From positions 269,988-333,987 of the forward strand of contig JACIWX010000002.1 of assembly GCA_014360755.1 (NCBI GenBank): a stretch of DNA of 64,000 nucleotides, read 5' to 3'. A program made the position numbers and the translations under genes. Origin of the DNA: Chloroflexota bacterium. Its GTDB lineage: Bacteria; Chloroflexota; Anaerolineae; UBA2200. Below, piece by piece: positions 7,525 to 16,784 of this stretch; within the stretch, counting starts at the first letter, position 1; every line of letters begins with the position of its first letter. Under the pieces are notes generated by a model. That model made no database searches, was not told the DNA's origin, and saw only the letters and a program-made list of their open reading frames with translations.

Positions 7525-9540
7525 TTGAAAAATCGGTTTGGTATAGCAACCCGGCTGGCTTGTCTGCTTGCCCTGATTCTCGCGTTTGGGGCAGTAGCAA
7601 GCTGGCTATGGCTCAAGCATACTCACCGTACGGCTACGCCCCAGATACCCGCGGTATCGCCCGCATGGATTGAACTGCGACGCGGAGCCACGGCTTCCAT
7701 GAGCGCTGGCAAAATGCCATGGGTCAACGTGTATATTCCTCCCGCTGACCCCTATGACCTAGCCCGGCGGCTGCGCCATATCCCTGGCCCCTTCCCTTTG
7801 CCAACGCCTGCCTCGCCTACCCTATATGCCGTGGGAGACCGTGAAACATTCTGGGTGCTCAACCTCGACACAGCGGAAAGCTTCCCCATCAGCGCTACAC
7901 TTTGCTATATCAGCCCACACCTGTATATGTGGGTACAGGATGATATTTCTGTCCCTCAAGATGCCTTAGAGCGGTCTGCGCTAGCCTTTGAAGAACGCAT
8001 ATACCCCACTGTACGGCACTACTTCGGCACAGAACCCAACCCAGGCATTGACAACGATGTGCGCCTGACTGTGCTGAACGCATATTTCCCCGGTGCCGCT
8101 GGCTACTTCTCCAGCAGCGACCAATACCCTTCTACCGTGATCACTACTAGCAATGAGCGTGAGATGTTCTACATCAACTTGGCTAGTGAATACCCTGGCA
8201 CCCTGTCCTATGAAGCCACGCTGGCACACGAATTTCAGCACATGGTGCACTGGTTTGCCGACCCGAACGAGGATGCCTGGGTGACCGAAGGCGCCTCGGA
8301 ACTAGCCATGTACCTGTGCGGATACCAGGGCTATCACCGCAGCCGCCTATTTGCCCGCAACCCCGACATCCAGTTGAACGATTGGGATTCAGATGTGGGT
8401 GCTACTGCAGCGCATTATGGCGCATCCTTCCTGTTCATGGCATATTTCACGGAACGCTTTGGCCCTCAGGTGCTTAGAGAACTGATATCAAATGTGGAAA
8501 ATGGCATCGCCGGCTTTGATGCAGTGTTACAGGCACATCCCATTGCCCTTGCAAAATCAGATACGTCAGCACGAAGCCTATCCTTCGATGACCTATTTGC
8601 CGACTGGGTAGTGGCGAACTACCTGGACGGGGAAAGCGGTTACCCGCTCACCAGCCCTTATGCCTATCAGACACTGGAGGTGCAAGTGCAGCCTGAACGG
8701 GTCATTTCTAGTTACCCTGCAAAAGGGGATGGCGACGTACACCAGTACGCCGCCGATTACCTTGTGCTGGAGCCATCTGGACAGGACCTGTGTTTGGATC
8801 TCACCCTGAGCACCACCACCAGATGGATCCCTAATCAGGCGCACAGCGGACGCTACCAATGGTGGTCTAACCGTGGGGACTGCAGTGATATGACCCTTAC
8901 GCGTGCCTTTGACCTGCGTGGTTTGAAAGAAGCCTCCTTACAGTTATGGCTGTGGTATGACATTGAAAAGGGCTGGGACTATGCTTACGTCGAAGTCTCT
9001 ACAGATGGCGGCGTGACCTGGCACATCCTGCCAGGCAGGTATACCACCGCCGAAAACCCCAGCGGCTACAGTTACGGGCCTGGCTATACCGGCATATCCA
9101 CCACGGACCACACAATATCTGAAAACGCTGCGTGGATAGAGGAAACCTTTGACCTCTCGCCCTTCGCTGGACAGCAAGTGCTCATCCGCTTTGAATACGT
9201 AACCGACGAGTCGGTCAATCACGCCGGCTTGTGCATAGATGACATCCGCATCCCCGAACTGGGCTATGTCCATGACGTGGAGGAAGGCGAGGATGGATGG
9301 GTGGCACAAGGCTTCGTGCGCACGGATAATGTCCTGCCTCAACGTTACATGATCCAGTTGCTTCACCTGGCAGACCGGATCACGATCGAACGGGTATTCC
9401 TGGAGCAGGAACAATGCACCACCCTAATGATCGCCGGATCCCATCCGCGCACACGCAAAGTAGTGGTAGTCATTTCCGCAGTGACTCCGGGTAGCACCGA
9501 CCCCGCCAGTTACCACTATGAGATATATCCCGTGAAATAA
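7525..9540 (+). CDS. Secreted/membrane-anchored zinc metalloprotease (HEXXH), possibly M6/InhA-like, with a C-terminal β-sandwich domain.
   Basis: LAHEFQHMVHW HEXXH motif with a downstream Glu. N-terminal hydrophobic signal. C-terminal YAYVEVSTDGGVTW...IRFEYVTDESVNHAGLCIDDI resembles the M6 C-terminal domain. Confidence 0.7.
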   Translation: MKNRFGIATRLACLLALILAFGAVASWLWLKHTHRTATPQIPAVSPAWIELRRGATASMSAGKMPWVNVYIPPADPYDLARRLRHIPGPFPLPTPASPTLYAVGDRETFWVLNLDTAESFPISATLCYISPHLYMWVQDDISVPQDALERSALAFEERIYPTVRHYFGTEPNPGIDNDVRLTVLNAYFPGAAGYFSSSDQYPSTVITTSNEREMFYINLASEYPGTLSYEATLAHEFQHMVHWFADPNEDAWVTEGASELAMYLCGYQGYHRSRLFARNPDIQLNDWDSDVGATAAHYGASFLFMAYFTERFGPQVLRELISNVENGIAGFDAVLQAHPIALAKSDTSARSLSFDDLFADWVVANYLDGESGYPLTSPYAYQTLEVQVQPERVISSYPAKGDGDVHQYAADYLVLEPSGQDLCLDLTLSTTTRWIPNQAHSGRYQWWSNRGDCSDMTLTRAFDLRGLKEASLQLWLWYDIEKGWDYAYVEVSTDGGVTWHILPGRYTTAENPSGYSYGPGYTGISTTDHTISENAAWIEETFDLSPFAGQQVLIRFEYVTDESVNHAGLCIDDIRIPELGYVHDVEEGEDGWVAQGFVRTDNVLPQRYMIQLLHLADRITIERVFLEQEQCTTLMIAGSHPRTRKVVVVISAVTPGSTDPASYHYEIYPVK

Positions 9541-9542
9541 AA

Positions 9543-9567
9543 AGCCCGGCACACATGCGCCGGGCTG
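9543..9567. terminator. GC-rich hairpin between convergent genes, likely a bidirectional terminator.
   Basis: AGCCCGGC-acacatgc-GCCGGGCT inverted repeat. Confidence 0.5.
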
Positions 9568-9587
9568 ACAAAGCGCCTACACGGTGG

Positions 9588-11474
9588 TTAGCCAGCACCG
9601 CCCCCACCGCCTCCGCCGCCACCGCCACCCCCGCCTCCACCTCCACTCCAGCCACCACTCCGGCCACCACTACCCGAGCTACGTGGCGCGCTAGCCAATG
9701 TGCTGGAGGCAGAATTCAGCATACTGAAGAGGCCATCGCTCATGCTCTGTAAGGAGGACATCATGCTGTCACTGGCGCCTTGCAGGGACGGCAGCCCTGT
9801 TCCCCCTTTGCCCATGTCTGGTAGACCCTGTCCTACCTCAGAAGGCTGGCTGGCCCTTCCACCCCTGTAGACAACCACAGGGCGATAGGGATGATACCAG
9901 GTTGGTCCTGGTGCGTCTACCTTGGCAAATCTAGCTACCCACTCCCGTTCTAGTCCAAAGACAATGGCATATGCCAAATACTTTTCAAAAATTTCCTTCG
10001 CTTGCGCGAGATCGGTATATTTTTCAATGTCTTTCAAGTAGCGTTGAAAGGCACGCCAACTGGCTGCAGCCTGTGCTCCTTTCTCTGTCTTCCGTGGCAT
10101 GACCTGTGCCAGGATAATCAGGATAGGGCCAACCAGGAAGATACCAAGACCGGGACAGAATGCCGTATCAGCGTAGGTGTGCAAAAACATGCCTGCAAAA
10201 ATGGCAAGCAGGATTCCCCCCGCAAGCAAAACTCCACCCAAGGCTACATATAGGCTCCGCGTCTTCTCCGGACTGCGCGGGAAAAGCCCCTCTTTCACCA
10301 CTTCTTTGTACATCTGCGCTGTGATCTCGGGCAAAGCAGAGTAGAACTTGTTCTTGAGCTCAGAAAGACGTACCTGTCGCCTCCGACCACGGAAAAGGCG
10401 ACGAAGCAGAGTGCGCTCATAGGAGCGCAGGCTGCCATCATCCGTTAGCAATTCAAAAATAAAGTCCCGTCGCTTGCCAATCCCCAGGAAACCCGGCTCC
10501 TCTTCTTCTGTGATGCTAATGACACCCCGGTGCGCCAGATCCACAATCGTAGCGACGATGTCTTTCATATCTGCCTTTTCGTCTACGAGCACACCTACCA
10601 AACCGGGCGGAAGTTCCGATGGGGGTTCTGGCAAATAGTCAGCGACCACTCCAACGGGGACATCACGCCCCCTCGTGTACCAGACCAGATATAGGCCAAC
10701 AGCGCCTGCGATGAGGATCAAGAGCCCCAGCACAGCGAAAACAAGGTTCACTAGGCTCCGGTAGCGTTCATTGTAGGCAACGAGGCGATCCTCTGCGATT
10801 TGCCAAGAGGGTGGCTGCCCTTGGACAATGCCATGAGGAAACTGCACCCGCACCTCAACTTCCTGGCCTGGCCAAATGTCACGGGCAGTGAAAACGATGG
10901 TATTGCCATCTATGATTTCGTACTCCGCGTCTGCGCCATAGGAGGCTACCTTCAGTTCCTCGCGTGAAATGCTACCAGGCAAATGCACCGTTATCCGCGC
11001 GGAGCGCACTACAAAATCCCTGTCGGGGAAAATGGCTTTCCACCAGAGCTGATCGCCACCTTCGTAGAAACGCAGTCCCCCTTTGACGGTATAGGCGATC
11101 GTAAAGGTACGTGCAGCATTGCTAGTGTAAGGGTAATACCAGGTAATGCGGAAATCCCCATCCTGGCGGGAGGTGGTAAATGTACCAGGCACCTCCTCGC
11201 CGGGGCGGTATTCCACCCCCTCTTCGCTCACGCTCACATCAGTAACCGATTCTAGGCGATTCATCGGAATGTTCCGATAAGCAAAGTGAAAACTCCCGCT
11301 CGTGAAAACAAACTTCTGGGTCTCCACCACGCGGATGTCCGAGTTCGCCAGGACAGTGATATCCACATTGATGAAATCCCAATAGTATTGCTTGCTCTGC
11401 GCAGAAACTGTATAGCCAATGGCGAGAAGCACAATACCAATGACGAGCCAACCAAACCATTTCTTTAACGACAT
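9588..11474 (-). CDS. DUF2207-family multi-pass membrane protein with the canonical Gly-rich C-terminal tail.
   Basis: N-terminal signal/TM. DUF2207-like N-domain FINVDITVLANSDIRVVETQKFVF. Several TM segments. The tail reads SGGWSGGGGGGGGGGGGGGGGAG. Confidence 0.8.
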   Translation of the reverse strand: MSLKKWFGWLVIGIVLLAIGYTVSAQSKQYYWDFINVDITVLANSDIRVVETQKFVFTSGSFHFAYRNIPMNRLESVTDVSVSEEGVEYRPGEEVPGTFTTSRQDGDFRITWYYPYTSNAARTFTIAYTVKGGLRFYEGGDQLWWKAIFPDRDFVVRSARITVHLPGSISREELKVASYGADAEYEIIDGNTIVFTARDIWPGQEVEVRVQFPHGIVQGQPPSWQIAEDRLVAYNERYRSLVNLVFAVLGLLILIAGAVGLYLVWYTRGRDVPVGVVADYLPEPPSELPPGLVGVLVDEKADMKDIVATIVDLAHRGVISITEEEEPGFLGIGKRRDFIFELLTDDGSLRSYERTLLRRLFRGRRRQVRLSELKNKFYSALPEITAQMYKEVVKEGLFPRSPEKTRSLYVALGGVLLAGGILLAIFAGMFLHTYADTAFCPGLGIFLVGPILIILAQVMPRKTEKGAQAAASWRAFQRYLKDIEKYTDLAQAKEIFEKYLAYAIVFGLEREWVARFAKVDAPGPTWYHPYRPVVVYRGGRASQPSEVGQGLPDMGKGGTGLPSLQGASDSMMSSLQSMSDGLFSMLNSASSTLASAPRSSGSGGRSGGWSGGGGGGGGGGGGGGGGAG

Positions 11475-11507
11475 CTTCGCTCCTTCCCCGCTCGCAAAGC
11501 CACAGCC

Positions 11508-11927
11508 TTATGCCCCAGTCCGCTTGGCTTCTACCCGCTGTTTGAATTTCGTCACATCAATGATCATACGCTCGTGGATGCCTTCGCCGATCTTCTCCCG
11601 CTCATCGAAAGCCTCCACCTGAAAAGTGAGCTTGCGGCCATCCACTGCGAGTAATTTTGCCTGGGCGCGCACGGTCATGCCCAAAGGCGTGGCAGCCAGA
11701 TGGCGCACATCCACTCGGATACCCACTGTACGGTATCCATCTGGCAATAGGTGGTCTACAGCACGCACAGCAGCCCCTTCCATCAGGCGCACCATCTCGG
11801 GCGTGGCGAGCACAGAAACATTGCCACTGCCCAAATGCTTGGCTGTGTTTTCTACCGCCACTTTCATCTCGCGTTCACCGACCAGGCCAGGTACTATTTG
11901 CTCGAACACTATCCCCTCCCAATACAA
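11508..11927 (-). CDS. Hotdog-fold thioesterase family protein.
   Basis: 139 aa. GSGNVSVLATPEMVRLMEGAA motif typical of 4HBT/FlK-like thioesterases. Confidence 0.6.
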   Translation of the reverse strand: MYWEGIVFEQIVPGLVGEREMKVAVENTAKHLGSGNVSVLATPEMVRLMEGAAVRAVDHLLPDGYRTVGIRVDVRHLAATPLGMTVRAQAKLLAVDGRKLTFQVEAFDEREKIGEGIHERMIIDVTKFKQRVEAKRTGA

Positions 11928-11944
11928 ACATGCCGGATCCTGAT

Positions 11945-11985
11945 CTAAACATCAGCACCCGGCATGGAAAAATCCGTCTCAGCAC
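11945..11985 (-). terminator. Nested palindromic hairpin downstream of ftsH.
   Basis: CATGCCGG...CTGATctaaacATCAG...CCGGCATG inverted repeats. Confidence 0.4.
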
Positions 11986-12020
11986 GCGTCGGGGGACTGC
12001 CCTCATCCCACCGCAATTTG

Positions 12021-13898
12021 CTAGGCAAGCAACGCCTGGAGTTCTGGACCCTCAATGGTCTCCACCTCAATGAGACGCTTGGCCAGTCTTTCCAACTTTT
12101 CGCGGTTTTCCTTCAGGATATTCATCGCGCGTTGATAAGCGGTCTCGATAATGCGCTTGACCTCCGCATCAATGAGTCGCGCGACTTCCTCGCTATAGTC
12201 CCTCTGCTCTGCGATCTCCCGGCCTAGGAAGATCAGCTCTTCCTTTTGCCCAAAGGTACGCGGACCCAGTACCTCGCTCATGCCGTACTGCGTAACCATC
12301 GCCCGCGCCAGCTTGGTGGCTTGCTCCAGGTCATTGCTGGCACCGGTTGTGATGTCCCCGAACACCAGCTCTTCAGCAGCGCGGCCAGCCAACAACCCGG
12401 TAATTTCGTCCTCAAATTTCGTCTTACTGCGTAGGTAGCGATCGTCCTCGGGCAGATGGATGGTGTAACCCAAAGCCATGCCGCGTGATACAATCGAGAC
12501 TTTGTTCACCGGATCCGCTTTTGGCAGATGGTGCATGACTAACGCATGACCAGCCTCATGGTGTGCGACGATATTTTTCTCCTCTGCACTAATCAGGCGG
12601 CTCTTTCGTTCCGGCCCGGCAACAACGCGCTCCACCGCTTCCTTAAATTCATCCATGCCGATAACCTTTTTGTTGCGCCGTGCAGCCAAAATCGCTGCCT
12701 CGTTGACCAGGTTTTCGATATCCGCACCCGAGAAGCCCGGCGTCTGCCTGGCCAGTTCCATCAAATCTACATCTTCAGCCAATGGCTTGCCACGCACGTG
12801 CACTTCCAAGATTGCCTTGCGCCCGTTCATATCAGGCCGATCAAGCACAACACGCCGGTCAAAGCGGCCGGGCCGCAGCAGTGCAGGGTCGAGGATGTCC
12901 GGACGGTTTGTCGCCGCCATGACAATGACCTGCGTATCGGTGTCGAAACCATCCATCTCCACGAGAATCTGGTTCAGCGTCTGTTCGCGCTCATCGTGAC
13001 TGCCGCCCAAGCCAGCACCCCGGTGCCGCCCAACAGCGTCAATCTCATCTACAAAGACAATGCATGGGCTATTCCGCTTTGCCTGGTCAAAGAGGTCGCG
13101 CACGCGGCTGGCACCAACGCCTACGAACATTTCAACGAATTCCGAGCCGCTGATGCTGAAGAAAGGCACGCCAGCCTCGCCTGCCACCGCCCGTGCGAGC
13201 AGCGTCTTGCCTGTCCCTGGCGCGCCCACCAGTAAGACACCCTTCGGGATACGTGCTCCCAGCATGGTGAACTTGGCTGGCTCCTTCAAGAATTCGACCA
13301 CTTCCTGGAGTTCCTGCTTGGCTTCGTCAACGCCCGCCACATCCTGGAAAGTAACCGTAGGCTTGTCTCCGGTGAACAGGCGCGCACGGCTTTTGCCAAA
13401 AGACAATGCCTGGTTGTTCCCACTCTGGGCTTGGCGCAACATGAGAAGTAGAATCAGCCCCAGCCCCAGCAGGGGCACATAGTTCACCAGCATGGGAACA
13501 ATATCCACCCAAGCGCTGGGCTTTTCTGGCACGATTTCCACCGCCGCAAATTCTTCCGGCGTTACCCCCAGGCTGGTCAGGGTCTCCGTAAGGCTAACCC
13601 CGGGTTCCTTGCGCGAGCGCAATTTGGCCGGTTGCTGCCCCTCATTCATCCAGATGGTCAAGTCATCACCTGAAATACTGATTTTCTTCACCGCACCGGC
13701 TTTCACATAGCTAGCTACCTTGTTGATAGACACCGAAGGGAGTTCTTCAGCCGGCACGACGAAGTTGAAATAGATCAAGGCGATGACCGCCAGCGTGATC
13801 AACAGATATACAAATCCGTTCTTCGACCAACTCGATCCCACTATACCTCCTAAAAACCGCAAAAAGCCGCCCGAAGCGGCACGACGGTACACAAACAT
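12021..13898 (-). CDS. ftsH: ATP-dependent zinc metalloprotease FtsH.
   Basis: AAA motifs [11 protein letters not shown] and [15 protein letters not shown] zinc site. N-terminal TM pair. Confidence 0.95.
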   Translation of the reverse strand: MFVYRRAASGGFLRFLGGIVGSSWSKNGFVYLLITLAVIALIYFNFVVPAEELPSVSINKVASYVKAGAVKKISISGDDLTIWMNEGQQPAKLRSRKEPGVSLTETLTSLGVTPEEFAAVEIVPEKPSAWVDIVPMLVNYVPLLGLGLILLLMLRQAQSGNNQALSFGKSRARLFTGDKPTVTFQDVAGVDEAKQELQEVVEFLKEPAKFTMLGARIPKGVLLVGAPGTGKTLLARAVAGEAGVPFFSISGSEFVEMFVGVGASRVRDLFDQAKRNSPCIVFVDEIDAVGRHRGAGLGGSHDEREQTLNQILVEMDGFDTDTQVIVMAATNRPDILDPALLRPGRFDRRVVLDRPDMNGRKAILEVHVRGKPLAEDVDLMELARQTPGFSGADIENLVNEAAILAARRNKKVIGMDEFKEAVERVVAGPERKSRLISAEEKNIVAHHEAGHALVMHHLPKADPVNKVSIVSRGMALGYTIHLPEDDRYLRSKTKFEDEITGLLAGRAAEELVFGDITTGASNDLEQATKLARAMVTQYGMSEVLGPRTFGQKEELIFLGREIAEQRDYSEEVARLIDAEVKRIIETAYQRAMNILKENREKLERLAKRLIEVETIEGPELQALLA

Positions 13899-13916
13899 TG
13901 ATTCAGGCTACCCCTG

Positions 13917-13989
13917 TGGGCCCACCTGGATTCGAACCAGGGACGACCCGGTTATGAGCCGGGGGCTCTAACCACTGAGCTATGGGCCC
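13917..13989 (-). tRNA. tRNA-Met (CAU).
   Basis: Reverse complement GGGCCCATAGCTCAGTGGTTAGAGC...CTCATAACC...GGTTCGAATCC folds as a cloverleaf with anticodon CAT. Confidence 0.8.
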
Positions 13990-13994
13990 TTCAG

Positions 13995-14066
13995 AGCGGG
14001 TGACGGGACTCGAACCCGTGACAACCTACTTGGAAGGCAGGGGCTCTACCATCTGAGCTACACCCG
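13995..14066 (-). tRNA. tRNA-Gly (UCC).
   Basis: Reverse complement GCGGGTGTAGCTCAGATGGTAGAGC...CTTCCAA...GGTTCGAGTCC with anticodon TCC. Confidence 0.8.
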
Positions 14067-14102
14067 CATGGCCAGGCACCGCAGAACCCGTGCCTGGTGC
14101 TG

Positions 14103-14175
<73 letters not shown>

Positions 14176-14256
14176 CGTTATATTATTATAACCAATTTAT
14201 GGGGTCTCGTCAATTTGGACAGGTAACGAGTGCCAAGTGACGAGTGAACTACGCGA

Positions 14257-14775
14257 CTAGGTCTTGCGGTCAAAGTAGATGCTCTTACCTGTTGCTGACA
14301 AGGGGATACCCATGACATAATCCGCATCAATAAGCCCCATTTCGCGCGCCACAACACCTGCGCGGTACATGATGCGGTTATCCACATTCAGCATCGCAGC
14401 CGTTTTGACCGCCGAACCCAAAGCAATCCCCATATCCAGCAGGCGAAAAGCGCATTGTGGCCCCCGGAACTCGCCCTCGAGAGTATTTGGAACGATGCAT
14501 TTCTCGGCACCGCAGGCGCTGCAATTCAGCCCCATCGCCTTGGCATCTTTGATCCCAATCAATACCACAACCGGCGAATCTTTGACATTCTGCCCATCTC
14601 GGTCAAAGTTGCGCTTACCGGTCCGCTCTCCAAAGCGGATCATCGCTTCGCCCAACTCTCGGCAGGCTTCGCCCTCGATGATCTTCGTTACCACAAAATC
14701 TTGCCCTGCTGATTTGGGCGCCGTACGCGCGGCGATGCACATCAACTCTGCTACGGTACGCAAGCCACTAGACAT
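14257..14775 (-). CDS. Conserved hypothetical Cys-containing protein (DUF2148-like?).
   Basis: 172 aa. CSACGAEKC motif. No clear family signature beyond that. Confidence 0.45.
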   Translation of the reverse strand: MSSGLRTVAELMCIAARTAPKSAGQDFVVTKIIEGEACRELGEAMIRFGERTGKRNFDRDGQNVKDSPVVVLIGIKDAKAMGLNCSACGAEKCIVPNTLEGEFRGPQCAFRLLDMGIALGSAVKTAAMLNVDNRIMYRAGVVAREMGLIDADYVMGIPLSATGKSIYFDRKT

Positions 14776-14905
14776 GATGATTCCATTCTCCTCCCCAGGA
14801 AGTCAACACATTGCACTGGCTTTGTCGTGTTCGCCATTCAACAAAAGGCTTATAGCCTCCCATAGCCAAAGGCATGCAGGCTATGCCCCATACTAGGGAG
14901 CACAC

Positions 14906-15586
14906 CTAGACAATGGCCTCGGTCTCGGTCGTCGGCACGGAGGGCATTGCCCTGGAACGATACACCTGTCCAAGCAAATGGCTGCCAACCAGCGTAGCCC
15001 AGAACTCGGTAAAGATCACGCCAATGCAACACAGGATCGTGCCAAAGCCAGCGACAAATTGGGCTACGATGGCGAGGAGCACGGCAATGATATAGTTGCC
15101 GAGGTTAGCCTGGATGTATTGGAAAATGTCCCCAAAGCGGAAGAAAGCGCCAAAATCGCCGCTGAGGGCATAATGAGTATATGCCGAGGGCAATACCAGA
15201 CCCAGGAACAAGCCGTAAAGCGCGGAGAGACAACTCATACTCCAAATACACAAAACAATTGGCGCAGCGACGCGCCCAGGCTCTGCCGTGTCATACCCAG
15301 TGACGGCACTGACAAATGCTGCAAACATTGCCAACGCGATCAGTGGGATAGCCCAAATCAGCGCTCCCAGCGTGCTCATAAGCCCTTTGACAAAGTAATC
15401 CCCAAAGTCATCCCAGCCAGGCAAAGGTTGCTCAGCACCTTCTGCCACATTCTTCAGAACCCGCAATGCGTAGCCAACCACAGCCAGGTTAACAATGGGA
15501 ATGAGGCCCAAAATGCCACCGATAAGCACCTTGGTGACCCATTCCTTGTCATCGAAAACGTATGTAAATGATTTGCCCCAATCCAT
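14906..15586 (-). CDS. DUF4013-family integral membrane protein. Start revised to the Met after AGGAGG.
   Basis: MDWGKSFTYVFDDKEWVTKVLIGGILGLIPIVNLAVVGYALRV matches the DUF4013 N-terminal signature. Multiple TM helices. Confidence 0.6.
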   Translation of the reverse strand: MDWGKSFTYVFDDKEWVTKVLIGGILGLIPIVNLAVVGYALRVLKNVAEGAEQPLPGWDDFGDYFVKGLMSTLGALIWAIPLIALAMFAAFVSAVTGYDTAEPGRVAAPIVLCIWSMSCLSALYGLFLGLVLPSAYTHYALSGDFGAFFRFGDIFQYIQANLGNYIIAVLLAIVAQFVAGFGTILCCIGVIFTEFWATLVGSHLLGQVYRSRAMPSVPTTETEAIV

Positions 15587-15741
15587 ATTCCCGCCTCCTT
15601 GATGTAGTAGCAAATCGGTTGCAACCAGGAAAGACCTCGCAGGATAGCATACCTCACCTCCATGTGGTCTGAGCCTGGCGCCTGTCGATGCCCGAGATAA
15701 TTATAGCACAGAAGCGGATAATCAGCAAGCACAGCGATTGA

Positions 15742-15792
15742 TTTGACATTTCCTGGGATGTGGTTTAGAATTAAGGCAAGCCTAAAATTTTC
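15742..15792 (+). promoter_or_regulatory. Sigma-70-like promoter (TTGACA-17-TAGAAT) with an overlapping near-perfect inverted repeat TTAAGGC-AA-GCCTAAA, a putative metalloregulator operator.
   Basis: Read directly from the sequence. The inverted repeat sits just downstream of the -10, where DtxR/IdeR-type autorepression usually acts. Confidence 0.4.
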
Positions 15793-15819
15793 AACAGAAA
15801 TATTAAAGGTGAGGCTAAT

Positions 15820-16503
15820 ATGACAGACAACCCTTCGGCGTTAAGCGAGAACATCCAGATGTATCTGGTGCACATCCTGCGCCTAGGTGCAAAGGGCGAG
15901 CCGGTGCCTCTTTCCCAACTGGCTGCGGCGCTGGATGTTTCGCCTATCTCTGTCAACCAGATGTGCCGCAAGCTCCAAGATGAGGGCCTCGTGACCTATA
16001 TCCCTTACAAAGGAGTCTCCATCAATCCGGCTGGAGAACGGCTGGCAGCACGCATTCTGCGCCGCCATCGCTTATGGGAAGTCTTCTTGGTGGAACGCCT
16101 GCAGATGAAGTGGGAAGATGCCCATAAAACAGCTTGCCGGCTGGAGCACGATACACCAGATGAAGTCATCGAGCGCCTGGATGCTTTTCTTAACCGGCCC
16201 CGCTTCAATCCCCAAGGTGAACCCATCCCAACCAGTGCGGGAGAGTTCGCCTCGGCTATCGTAAGCCCACTGACAGAGATGAAGGCCGGGCAGAGGGGCT
16301 GCTATGTCCGCTGCACGGCGGATGCCGCAACCTGTGACTTCCTGGCTGCCCAGGGGATGCGCCCTGGGGCATCGTTACAGGTTTTGGCAGTCGCGCTGGA
16401 CAGTATCCTGGTAGAAGTCAACGGTAGGAGGATTGCCTTAGATCGCTCGGTAGCCGCAACCTTGCAAGTAGAGCAGGAACAAAAGACGGAAGGAGCCCAC
16501 TGA
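15820..16503 (+). CDS. DtxR/IdeR-family metal-dependent transcriptional regulator with a C-terminal FeoA/SH3-like domain.
   Basis: N-terminal wHTH VSPISVNQMCRKLQDEGLV. Metal-site region RRHRLWEVFLVERL...HKTACRLEHD. 1-nt start/stop overlap with feoA. Confidence 0.8.
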   Translation: MTDNPSALSENIQMYLVHILRLGAKGEPVPLSQLAAALDVSPISVNQMCRKLQDEGLVTYIPYKGVSINPAGERLAARILRRHRLWEVFLVERLQMKWEDAHKTACRLEHDTPDEVIERLDAFLNRPRFNPQGEPIPTSAGEFASAIVSPLTEMKAGQRGCYVRCTADAATCDFLAAQGMRPGASLQVLAVALDSILVEVNGRRIALDRSVAATLQVEQEQKTEGAH

Positions 16504-16784
16504 TGAACAACATATACCCTCTTAGCGAACTGAAAACAGGAGAAACCGCCCTTATCCAGGAGTTGTGCGGCGGTTATAGTTTTCGCAGCCGTCTGGCAGC
16601 GCTTGGCTTCACGCCAGGAGCAGAAATCAAGATGGTACAAAACCTGGGTCATGGACCCCTCATTGTTTCCCTACGGGATACGCGCATCGCCTTAGGACGG
16701 GGCGAGGCACAGAAAATTTTGATCCGCTTGGAAAAGGAGCCTCTATGTCACAGTCAGGTCAAGAGCGAAAACGCATCCGCATAG
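16503..16784 (+). CDS. feoA: Ferrous iron transport protein FeoA.
   Basis: 93 aa SH3-like protein: LSELKTGETALIQEL...GFTPGAEIKMVQN...GPLIVSLRDTRIALGRGEAQKILI. Confidence 0.8.
   Translation: MNNIYPLSELKTGETALIQELCGGYSFRSRLAALGFTPGAEIKMVQNLGHGPLIVSLRDTRIALGRGEAQKILIRLEKEPLCHSQVKSENASA

Noticed and set aside
6984-7616. 210-aa minus-strand ORF spanning two plus-strand genes.
   Set aside because: Overlaps two well-formed genes in antisense, with Ser/Arg/Ala-rich composition.
14369-15571. Plus-strand ORFs (14369-14896, 14978-15571) opposite the DUF2148-like and DUF4013 genes.
   Set aside because: Antisense to ORFs with family-specific N-terminal signatures. Pro/Ser/Arg-rich low-complexity composition.
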